Shown: positions 50,001 to 61,004 of the stretch, in pieces | Numbering within the stretch: position 1 is the first letter of the stretch | Layout of the letters: every line of letters starts with the position of its first letter | From: Amoebophrya sp. A120 | Lineage: Eukaryota > Protista > Dinoflagellata | DNA length: 64,000 bases | NCBI GenBank assembly: GCA_905178155.1 | Contig: CAJINV010000014.1 | Location: 502,051 to 566,050 of the forward strand | Direction: 5' to 3' | Made by a program: the position numbers and the translations under genes | Notes under the pieces: model-generated | Told to the model about the DNA's origin: nothing | Database searches by the model: none | The model's input: the letters and a program-made list of their open reading frames with translations, nothing else

Positions 50001-53000
50001 TCAAAATTTGCATGCTGGGAAATCGAAGCCACAAAGAGTATCATGTGCATGTGAGCTTGAGCCTTTAGAGGTACCTTATTCTGCACAACTCCTCGTCCGG
50101 ACGTAGCGCCGCCACTGTCCGTAGTTCCCTCGATGAGCTTGTGCAGTTCCTCGTCCGTCTTGTCAAAGGTGGAAGAAATGTTGATTTTCATCGAGTTTCC
50201 AGCCAGATTCCTCCCGCCACTCGATGCTGCGGCCCCGAAGGCGTTCCCGCGCCGGAAGGGCATAGAAGTAGAACTACTAGTACCTCCAGAAGTTCTTGTA
50301 GACGTTTCGCGGTTCATCTGCAGGAAGGCACTGGCCGGCTTTTCCTCGTAATCGGGGAGAAAGTCGTCGTCCAAAATACTTGCGGTTTTGCTCTTGACCA
50401 ACCCCGAAGCCAGGAACAGATCCTGTATCGAATTGGAAGAAGAGGAGGACGATGCCGTCGAGGTCGTCGTAGGAGTACTATTTTCTGCTCGATTCGGCGG
50501 GCCGAAGGGGCCGAAAACAGGTCCGGTCGGAGGTGGTGCGCCAGCAGCTGCTGCCCGGCTACCCGAAGTATAATTAGTCGCCCCTCGTCCGCGACTGCTG
50601 ATCATGTTGTCCTCCTCATCATCGTGATTTTGCATGTTGACCACCGGGGGTAGTTTCAGAGCCTCTCGCGACTTGCGTTTCTTCTGCTTCTGGGACTTGT
50701 TCACGGACCGATTGATGTTGGACGAAGAGGAGGAACTAGAGGTGCCAGCACTTGCAGTGTTGTTACTGGACAGAAATGCACCCGCAGTTCCCGGCTGCGG
50801 GTGGGGGCCCAACAAAGGTCCCGCGGCGCCGCGGCCGGCATGCGGCGGGCTGTCGTCGCTGGATGACAAGGAGTCGGAACTGGAGGAGTTATGGCGTTCT
50901 CAACTGTTACATCCTCAACTGTTACATGGATTTGTGATGCAAAAAGTGCAACAGTGAAATAGGAGACCTTGCGCTTCTTGCATGACAGATTTGGCAAAGA
51001 TTCTCAGCCTGTTGGGCTCGTCGGGAATTTGTCATGCGAAGCAGCTTGATTGCGTCGATTCTGATTGCAATTTTGCATGACAAATCATGTAACAGTTGAG
51101 AATGTAACATTTGAGAACGCCATAGGAGTCGCTGTCACTGTCTGAATTCTCGAACCAACTGTCGTCGACGACATAGTTGGAATCTTGCCTGTGAGAATTC
51201 GTGTTGGTGGAGGAATTTATTTAAGTATTTGCGTGGCATACGCATATCTTTTAGTTTTACCCCACGTGAAAAATGCGCTATATGACAGAGAGCGGAGGTA
51301 CTGTTTCTAGCAGCTTGTTCGAATTGGAATTCTTATTCTTCTTGTAACTTCTGAACATGCGGACTAGTTCTCCTCGCGGTATAACTTAGTGCGATTGATG
51401 TTTTTTGTTTTTCAGCAATGTCGATGATGCGCGAACGTTGATACAACCTGGTATAATCAACTATCAATGATGCCGAGCAATGCAACCCGTGCGGACATTG
51501 ATCTAAGTAAACTCATAAGTACCTTCTCCTCGGTCCCGCCCCGCCGCTCCCGCTGGAGCTGCTTCGTCCCGGCGGCCCTATCGGCGACAAATCGTCGTCC
51601 TCCGAAGCGCGCCGCCTTCTGTCCAATTGCTCCAGATCCACCTCCAGTTCGTGGTCTAACGCCTGTTCGTCCGCCCGCGCGAGCGCGTTGGGATCCAGCA
51701 AGAGACCACCCCCGCCCTTGTTCCCGAACGAGCCCCGCAGCGTCGCGTTTCTCAAGTCCTCCTCCAAAAACTGCTTCCGCTGCCGCTCCGATTCCAATTC
51801 CTGCACCTTCCGCTCTTCTATCCAGGAGAAAACACCCATCCCCATCCAATTTGTCATGCAAAACATGCATAGAGTCCACTATTTGTCATGCAAAAAATGG
51901 ATGGGGATGGGTGTTTTTTTCTGGATATCTTCCGCCTTGATGATCGCTTTGTAACTGACGAAAACTTTCGACAAGACCTGCACCTCGCGGAAGTCCTTTT
52001 TTCTCCCCGGAATGTTGGGGCCCCCGCCCCCGTCTTTCGGGGGAGGGGGCTGGGGCCCGATACCGGAGAAGATGTTGCCATTCTGGTTTTGGTATCAAAT
52101 GCAAAAGTGTCTGGGTCTGGAAGGATGCAAGGTTTGTCGTGCACATTTTGCATGACTTCTGATGTCTGTGATGCATTCCCTAGCATCACAGATTTTGTGA
52201 GGGCTTCCTGATGCCTGTACCGCATGAGAAATGCCCTCTCGGCGTGGCAAAAACTGGACCTCTTTTGCTTTTCATGCAATACAGACTTTTGTAGAATCCA
52301 GACGCAGCATCACAAGTTGCATGCTTCCAGACCCAGACATTTTTACATTTGATATTTGGTTATTCGTCACTGCAAACCGCTCCGCGTCCGAGTTCCGGTT
52401 GCACCAGGGCTCGATGAAAACCTCGTTCTCGAAGTTATGGCGTTCTCAGCTGTTACACTCTCGTCTGTTACATGGATTTGTCATGCAAGAACGCCAAAAG
52501 TGAAAGGGGGAAGATTGCGCCTTTTGCATGACAGACTTGGCACAGATTCTCATCCTGTTTGTCCCTTCGGGAATTTGTCATGCGAGGGAGCTTGATTCAT
52601 CATCATGTAGTGGACACCCGCTCCCAGCGCCACAGGTCAAGGATCCCCTCCCCGGGGGGTGGGCGAGGATTCATATCGACTCTGATTGGAATTTTGCATG
52701 ACAAATCATGTAGCAGTTGAGAATGTAACGTTTGAGAGCCCCATAGAAGTGCTCAAACAGAAACTTGATCAGTTGCCGCATCAACTGGAACTGCTGCGAC
52801 CCCTGCGCGATGGCCTGCAACAGGGCCAAAATCGAGGAGAGCAGCGAGTTGCCCGCGTACCGCTTGGCGGCCTGTTGGCTCGCGGATTGTTGGTAAGCTG
52901 TAGAACCAGGGGGTGGAGAGGACGGGGAATTCATCATGTCCAGACCCGTTCTTGGGGAAGACAAGGACGCTGACGCAGCACCACGATTATTAAAACCTCT

Positions 53001-56000
53001 GGCACCTCCACCTGCGCCTGAGTAGCTACTCAGTTGCTGCACCACGGGCTTGGCCATCTCTTCCAGCTGGTCCTTCAGAATCTTCATCACGGGCTTCCAC
53101 AAGATGTCCGGCGACTTCATCAGCAGCCGGCCCAGCTGTTCCTGGTTCCGCATGATCACGGTGCGGATGAATTTGATGATCGCGATGTGCAGAAACTTGC
53201 ACGGAATGGCGAACAGTTTGCTCACTTTCTGGCAACACTCCAGGTTGGCAATGAAAATGATCACCTGCACTTGCTCCTGCTTCTTATTCGGATTCGGGTT
53301 GGTCGTCACGGATTTTTGCAGCCCGGCGCACAGGATATCCAAAATGCACTGCCGGGCAAAGTTACGGGCGTCCTCTGTCGTTGTATATATATGGAGAAGT
53401 TGTGTGGTTTGTGATGTTGAAGAAATTATATTAAGGGTCATCTTCCACAACTATCTAGGCTCGAGTCACCGAAGTAGAAGATGACAGGGAGAAGCTGCCT
53501 TTCATCATTTTTATACCTCAAAAGTTGGGTCTTGGCCAAAAAAATTACAAGATCTTTTCTCTGTACTACTAGCTAAGTACACTTACCATCCATCCTCTCG
53601 TCGAACAGTGTTTTTTCCTTCAGGGCCGTGACTAGCGGCACCATGACCCCCTGGCTCTTGTCCCACATAATCTCGCAAAAACCCTCCCGCTCCGCGCCCC
53701 CGACCTTCTGCACGTTGGCGAAATTATGGAACCCGAACCCGCCGGACCCGGACTCCGCGGAGGCCAGCATGGCGGACAGCTGCGGGTTGTGCTGCGCTTC
53801 GAAGTCCAGACACCACCGGAGGAGCTCGCACACAAGGGACTGCGTGGGCTGGTCGTTTTCGACCAACAAAAGTTCCGCGATCTTTTTCAGCCACGAGGGA
53901 TTGTCGATGGCGTGCTTGCGGATCAACGAGGGGTTGTGGTACGCGTACATCTATCCTGTGCAAAAGTATCGTACTCGTATTGCTAATGCAGTCATGCATT
54001 ACAATTTTTTTCCTAAACAAAGGTAAATCCGCATTACAAATATTTTTTTCTCTTGCTGAGGAAATTTGTAATGCATTTATACGAGAAGTACGATACTTTT
54101 GCAGTGCATAACATCTGCAGAATGTCCAGCGCGACCGTCCGCGTGGACGCGTGCGGGGATCGGCGGATCGGGAAGGGGCCCGCGAGGTTCTCGAACTTTT
54201 TCGCCGCGGTCCGGGGGGTGAGGGGGATCAGCGTCCCATCCAACGCCGTCGTGGTCAGTTTATCTGACAGCTTCAAAGCCTCCTCCAACCCACTGGTACT
54301 AAGTTGTTTAGCAGGAGAGGAATCTTGTTTCCTGTCGCCGCTTTGTTGCGTCGTGGAAGAGGGTCCTCTTGGAGTCATTGGGAGATCATTTTTGTCCCCG
54401 GCGCCGTCGATATTATTGGTCGTGGCAGCTGCACTATGACAGTGCACAACCCCCCCTCCCCCTGATTTGTCATGCAAAATACGCAAGCCACCCTTTGCCT
54501 CTTGGCACTGTTTGCTTGACAAGTTCTGGTGGTCCAAATAGCACTACACTCCAGTGCAAATTTGTATTTGGCATGCAGAACCGGCGTTCTTGCTCATGCT
54601 TGTATTGCCGCCCATGCTATACAAATGAGGGGGAGGGGGAGTTGTGCATTGTCATATGCACCTGGCCCGTTCACGGTTTCCAGGTCGTCAATCAATTTCA
54701 ACTGCTGCTGAAAGTCGTCGCTGTGGTAGAGTTATCAACTGCAAATATGTTTGGGTCTGGAAGATAATTACAGGACAACTTCTCATGCAGCTATTCCGTG
54801 CCCCATGCTGTCTCTGATGTTGTGTGTTCTAGCATCACAGATTTTCTGAGTCCTTTGTGCTGGTGCCTATCTTGCATCAGAAAGTGCCCTCTCGACGTAG
54901 CAAAAACGGAACTCCTCTTGCTGCTCAGGCAATACAGATCGTTTTAGCGCCGTCCAGAAGCAGCATCACAAGTTGCAACTCTTTCAGACCCAGACGTGGT
55001 TGCAACGCATAAGGGGTTTTCCACTTCGAAACCAATCACGTCGCCGTCGTGCGGGACTTCGGGCTCCAGGAGAAAGGGGAGCAGGAGGTTGAACAGTTGC
55101 TTTCGCTCGAAAGCGATGTACCTGAAGGATGGTTTGGATCGAAGATAAAATCCAGGTAGATGAACTACAAACATCGTTTGACTTTATGTATTTTGAGGCT
55201 TTCACAACTTCACACGACACATTGAGGATAGGATCTTTTTCGACCAATGCATGATTAGATCATAAATGTAAAATAAACTTTGGATTTGACACTTTGCAGA
55301 ATTTTCGACGTGATAAAAATAAAATTTTAAAATTTCACGGATTTTGAATTTTCAACTGCAAAACTCTGCACCAAAAAAACGACGAGGCAACACCATTCCT
55401 GGATTTGTCTCATTCATTCGAATAAAGTGACAGCTTGGCTCTTCTTTTTCCTCAGGTTCGCCCACTCTTTAAAAATAAAAAATTGAAATTTCGCGGATTT
55501 ATCCTTTCAATAAAAATAAAACTTTGAATTTTCGTCGATCAAATTGAAGTTCTTGTAATCCGAGTGAACTCAGAGTACTAGCAGCTTGAATATCATAGTA
55601 TTGATTGTACTAAAAAGAACTGCTTGCTTTGTTACTTGTTCGTCTCTGTACGCAGGGAATTGAAATTTTGAAATCCTCCCGAAATGGTAAAAAACAAGCA
55701 TCCATCAAAAGCATCCATATTTATACAGTCTCTCCTTTTCCGTTGGACTGAGGGCGTGATTCTGGTACCGCACCGTTCTTAGCGCTTCCGCTACGAAGTC
55801 CAAGGTGAGCCAATCCTTGGCCGCCAGCTGCTGGCTATGAACTGCAAAAGTATCGCACTCGTATAAATGCATTACAAATTCTCTCAGCATGAGAAATCAA
55901 ATTTGTAATGCGGATTTACCTTGAGAAGAAAATTTGTAATGCATGATTGCAATACGAGTACGATACTTTTGCACAGGATACTGGCAAATGGTTTCCAACA

Positions 56001-59000
56001 CTTCGTTATTTTCCTCCATGTCGATCCCATTGTTCCGCATCATCTTCTTCCGCTGCATCGCGTAGGAACTCTGCTGCAGATATGCAATGCAAATTTCCTG
56101 CACATGTACCAAATGCATGACAAATGTCACTACCTTGCAGGGTCCGACTTGTCATGCTGGACTAGGATTGAAGGCAAGTTTTGTCATGCAGAGACTGCAT
56201 TTGTACTTCGTGTACGGGAATAAATTTACTGTGGATAGCAGACTGGGCGAGTTGGTGCAAATGGCCTCGATCAGCTGGTTCAAATTCTGCCCCTATCATA
56301 TGCAAAAACGTCCCCACCCCATAGCTGTCATGCAATTCCGCATGCCAAAAAAGTTTCTCATGCGGAGCTCTATGAGAAGTATTTTTCTTTCGTGTTTTGG
56401 AATTTGTGATGCTAGAATCAGCATACTATGCTAGATCTGTCATGCTTCTGAACTAGGGAAACAGCATTACACTCCGAGGACAAACTTGTCATGCCAAACA
56501 ACCAAAGCTAGTCGATTTGTCTAGCAGATTTCCAAACTTAGCTCTGGTGTGGGTACGTTTTTACTCAGGATAGCCCCACGATGATGTTCATGACCGCGGA
56601 ATTTTGGTCGTCCAGCAGCTATCCTGTGCAAAAGTACTCGCATTGCAATCATGCATTACAAATCCCTTTCTTAAGCTAAATCTGCATTACAAATTTTTTT
56701 TCTCATGCTGCAGAAATTTGTATTGCATTTATACGAATACGATACTTTTGCAATGCATAGCAGCCGGGCCATGGCCACGTCGCGGACGTACTGCACCCGC
56801 AGGTTCAGGTCGATCAGTTTGAAGATTTCGTCGTTCTTGAAGGTGATCACCTTTTTGAACTTCACGTCGCGCTTCAGAATCTGGCGGTGGGGGACGACCA
56901 TCGCCAGTCCGGGGTCGAACTCCATGATCCCAATCATGGCCTCGTAGTTCGTGTGGTTCAGCTGTGCAATACAAATTTCCACCCGTACATGTACAACATG
57001 CAGCACAAATTTCGCCAACTTAGAGCAGACAACTTGTCATGCTGAACAGGATTTAAGGGAAGCTTTGTCATGCAGAAACGGCTTGTGTACGTCGTGTACG
57101 GGAAATTTGCTGTGGATATCAGCATCTTCCGCACAAGGTGCTGGTCGGCGAGCGAAAGCTATCCTGTGCAAAAGTATCGCACTCGTAGTAATTGCAGTCA
57201 TGCATTACAAATGTCCTTTTTTAGGTGGATCAGCATTACAGATTCCTTTTATTTCCTTCTCGAAAAATTTGTAATGCAAATCATACTAGTGCGATACTTT
57301 TGCAATGCATAAAAGCATGTTGCGGACGATCTCGAACAAATCCTTCTTGGCGTTGATCAATCCCACCTTCTCGTGAAAAATAGCTTCCGGGTTGATATAC
57401 GGCCGCGGTAGTTCCTCGGGTTCCTTAGGCCCAAAAACTAGTTGTACATTCTCGGAATTGCTATTGCAAGGCTCCTGCGAAGTAGTAGTAGGTCCTGCAG
57501 CTGTTGCACTACTTCCAGGTGGCTGCTGCTGCTCTCCTCCACCGGGAAGATGAACCTGGTTTATTTTGCTACCTTCATGATCTTGCGGGGGCCCGGCGGC
57601 GTTTTTAATATTGTCCGAGCCTCCTGGTTGATGTACTATAGCCGAGTCCAGCCCTCCTGAAGTTCCAGGTTCGGGCTCTTCTTGCGGCTGCTGATGCTGC
57701 TGGGTGCTGATGTTCGTCTGTTTCCCGTCGATCGCCGTGATAACAATGTCGTCGAGTGAGGCACCGGCACTGGCACCAGCAGCTGCTCCTACACCTGTAG
57801 TGGTCGTACCACTAGAAGTTACAACGCCAGATATTAATGGTGGAGGAGCAACATTTTGCGATGGGATGCTGGCGCCACCATCTTCGGCGGCAGAGGTGCC
57901 AGAGCTTGTTCCTGCTGCTGCAGGGATGGTGCCATCCACCGTCGAATCCGTGGCACTACTAGGTCCCGTATTATAATTCCCTTGTTGCGGCGCGGTGGTT
58001 GCGGAGCTGCTGGATGCGGAGGGCTCTTCGGCATGGTTTGATGTTGTGCCGTTGGACATACTACTCGCATCCCGCATCGGCTCATCCTCGTCTTCTGCGT
58101 CAACAGCAATGTTGTCCACGTTATTATTTTTGTTGAGATCATCTCCGTCATGCAGATCATCAGTTGCATCCTTGATTTCGACATCCTCGATCGCCGCGTC
58201 CTTGATTTCCACATCCTCAGACTGATCTTCGGGAAGATGACCTTCTGGTGCACCAGCGGGAACCGCTGCACCTGCTGAAGTTGCGCCTGCAGTGGGCACG
58301 TGCTCCGGGTCCGGTCCGCTACTCAGATTGGTAATAGCACCTGATGCCGTTGTCGTTGTCTTGGTCTCTATCGCAGCTGCATTTTTATTTCCGTCCTGAA
58401 CTTCTCCAGACGATGACGAGGCACCTCCTGCAGGAGCACCAGGCTGCTCATTGTCCGCTGCTGCCAGTGGTACAACCACCGCGCCAGGCACTGCAGCAGC
58501 ATCTCCTGAGGCGCCGCTCGGTGAGCTGGCACTTTGCTCCTTTGAGAGTTGTTGTGCCGCCTTCATGTGTGCCTCCTTCTTCCTGATGCGCTGCTCCCAC
58601 TTGCACAGCTCGCTAAACATGTCCGAAACGTTGGACAGCCTGTGTTGAAGATCGATGACAATGTCGTGTGTGCGGATTTCAATTTCTGTAAATTGTGTCG
58701 TTTCTGCACAGAAGAGGAAGAGAAATAAATGTCTGCTTTTCATCTCGAAAGTTAATGCTGGCGCGTCCATCTCCTTCATGAGGCGGCCTGACTATACAGT
58801 TACAACACTTCACCGCAACAATTCGCGGAGGAGCTGCGTTCTTCGAGTTCTTGTAGTACAAGCAAAATAAAATCCCTAGAAATTATCGTCAAACAGAAAA
58901 ATTGGAAAAATTCACGCAAATCTATTTCTATTACTGCATACCAACTATCCTCCTGCGACTCCTGGGCGCAGATCCGGCGGTTGTGCGGCGTGATTCCGCA

Positions 59001-61004
59001 TCAAATGCAAAAGTGTCTGGGTCTGGAAGATTGCGAAACTTGTCATGCTTGTCTGGCATGACCAAAAAGTTTGTGATGCGTGTCCAAGAAGAGACCGCTT
59101 TTCCTGTCATGCAAAAACGCAGTTTGTCATGCGAAAAACGCAACACAAAGAAGCGCAGATATTTCTCATGCTTGGCCGTGCATTGCAGAGCATTCACTAT
59201 TCCCAACGCAGCATTACAAGTTTCCAGACCCAGACATTTTTGCATTTGATATTCCGCCGATGGAGAGCACGTGGTCGGTGACCCGCAGCCCCTGGGTATG
59301 CAAGAAAAAAACTGTGTAACTGTAAATCTGTGATGCAGAACATGCAACAGAGTTACACCTGTCATGCCAGACAGCCACGACGTCCTCTTTCCATGTGTGT
59401 TTTCCCTTACAAACCACGCATGACAGGTTCTCTGTATCATGTAGAGCAAATCTGTGATGCTGTCAGCCACAGAAAGCTACACTAACACAGTTTTTTTCTT
59501 GGATACTGGGTGGGCGGCGGCGACTGTCCGTTGTGCGCCTGGGCGTACTGCACCTGCTGTCGCGCCATGAAATTTGTGGCAAAATTCGAGAGGACCATGG
59601 AGGTTTGGTGCAAGTTTTGGAGGTCCAAAAAATCCGGGAGCACCTTCCGCCGCCGGGCATTCAGCGCCCGGGTCTTCATCTCGATGGCGCGCCGGAGCAT
59701 CAACTCGGTGTCACCTGAGCGGAGAATTTGATAGAAGAGCTGGGGCGGTATCGGTGAGTTTGCTCTTGCTCACGTACTAGAATTGTTCACTAGGTTCTTG
59801 ACTAAAAATATACGCGCATGTTGCTGGCAAGAAAAACGTAGATCGTTGGTCGTGTTCTTCATTCATTCGCACAAAGATGTTCTTGTAGTGGTCTTTTTCT
59901 TCTAGATACCTATCGGGTTTCCAATCGTCTCCAAGTCGGTTCGTTTTCGCGACAGTACGGCATAAAGCGCTCGTGCGTCCTCCGGTCGCTCTAGAGAAAG
60001 GGCGAAATCTTTCCCAATGATGTCTTCCCAGACGATAATGGTTTCTTGAACGGCTGTTGTGTGTAAATTGGTACGTTCAGTTCATCTGCCATGCACATGA
60101 TGACTAAACGTACTTTTATTTACGAATTACTATGCGCGTCGTACAAGTACTTACAGAAGGATGTTGACAGAAGTTGGTGAGACCCACGGAGAGTTGTTGT
60201 CGTTGTATCGTGCATGCAAATTTTCACGCACCTCTTCTACCGACTCCGACGTCCAGACGTACTACTACATGTTCTTGCTTCAAGCATCAAACACGCGCAA
60301 ACAGAAAATTTCGCACCTCCAGATTCCGCCGCTTCGGCTTCGCTCATGCCGTCCGTCTGCATGTGGTAGCTTTCGGCGCCGAGCACGTGAAAGGTTTTGA
60401 TTTCTTTCCCTGTCTCCGTCTGAATCCGCAGCTTCCCGCGGGACAGGATCGGCACAAAGTCCATCCTCAGGTGCTGCGGTCCGGACCTTTTCTTTTTCTT
60501 CTTCTTTTTCTCCTTGTTTTGTCCCTCGTCTCCACCACCTTCTGCGGGGGAGACGCCGTTCGCCTGCGGAGACGAGGATCCGCCTTCAGGATGTTGGACG
60601 TTGCCATTGTCCTCATTTTTGTCGTCATTTCCGTTATTTTCGTCGTCCTCCACCTCCTCACTCTCGCTGTCACTGTCGCTTTTACTGGAAATGACCTTCT
60701 TGATCTCTTCCTGCTTCCGCAAATCGCAAAACACGTACCCGGTACCCAAATCGGCCCACTCCTGCTCTCCGTCGTCGTTCGTGCGGAACTCGTACAGCTT
60801 GCAGCGAAATTCGTAGTTCGTGTTTTGCTGATTGAGGTTCGGAGGTCCCAAGCCTTGCTGCGTTTGTGATGCTGCTCCTGTGGCACCGTTGTTATTGTTG
60901 TTGTAATGCTGCTGCATGAACTGACTGTAGCCCTGCCCACCGCCGCCGCCACTGCCGTAGCTGCCCTGGTGCCCGCCAGTCGTGGTTCCGGTGCCGCCAC
61001 GCAT
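47058..61004 (-). CDS. PPP4R3: Serine/threonine phosphatase 4 regulatory subunit 3 (SMEK/Psy2-like), ~2,600 aa, ~27 exons
   Basis: EVH1-like N-terminus (RCKLYE...EWADLGTGYV, ETIIVWED..KDFALS); SMK-1 region (IGIMEFDP...HRQIL...FKKVITF...RVQYVRD); KFLHIAIIKFIR; NSLLSSILALL; 19 introners plus ~7 GT-AG introns; junction near 58790-58945 uncertain. Confidence 0.85.
48337..48615. mobile_element. Introner family B
   Basis: TSD TTTCC; near-perfect 32-bp TIR. Confidence 0.92.
48662..48982. mobile_element. Introner family A (reverse orientation)
   Basis: TSD GTAGA. Confidence 0.9.
49471..49705. mobile_element. Introner family C
   Basis: TSD TCCTC. Confidence 0.92.
49745..49852. mobile_element. Introner family F
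   Basis: TSD ACAAA; TIR TATCCAGGAAAAAACA. Confidence 0.92.
50890..51124. mobile_element. Introner family C
   Basis: TSD GGAGT. Confidence 0.92.
51819..51927. mobile_element. Introner family F
   Basis: TSD TCTTC. Confidence 0.92.
52093..52354. mobile_element. Introner family G
   Basis: TSD TTTGG. Confidence 0.92.
52436..52745. mobile_element. Introner family C carrying a nested insertion
   Basis: TSD GAAGT; 75 bp longer than sister copies. Confidence 0.9.
52594..52674 (-). mobile_element. Nested 74-bp insertion, possible 3' end of a non-LTR retroelement
   Basis: 7-bp duplication GATTCAT (52594-52600, 52668-52674); GC-rich body ending in an (ATG)3 tail on the - strand. Confidence 0.55.
53952..54110. 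mobile_element. Introner family E
   Basis: TSD ACATC. Confidence 0.92.
54435..54656. mobile_element. Introner family J (TIR TATGACARTGCACAAC.CCCCCTCCCCCT)
   Basis: TSD TGCAC. Confidence 0.92.
54733..55011. mobile_element. Introner family G (diverged)
   Basis: TSD AGAGT/AGGGG (3/5); frame restored. Confidence 0.82.
55836..55980. mobile_element. Introner family E (reverse orientation)
   Basis: TSD CTGGC; TATCCTGTG end on the right. Confidence 0.92.
56081..56237. mobile_element. Introner family H
   Basis: TSD GCAGA. Confidence 0.92.
56294..56572. mobile_element. Introner family B
   Basis: TSD GCCCC. Confidence 0.9.
56620..56759. mobile_element. Introner family E
   Basis: TSD GCAGC; joins ARLL/DDQ. 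Confidence 0.92.
56963..57118. mobile_element. Introner family H
   Basis: TSD TCAGC; left end TGTG variant. Confidence 0.9.
57160..57311. mobile_element. Introner family E
   Basis: TSD AAAGC. Confidence 0.92.
58999..59251. mobile_element. Introner family G
   Basis: TSD TTCCG; left end CATC variant. Confidence 0.9.
59297..59505. mobile_element. Introner family K (TIR TATSCAAGAAAAAAACTGTGT)
   Basis: TSD CTGGG. Confidence 0.92.

Noticed and set aside
55122-55726. AT-rich intron with repeated AAAATAAAA..TT motifs as a possible element
   Set aside because: No TIR or TSD found; fits an ordinary GT-AG intron.
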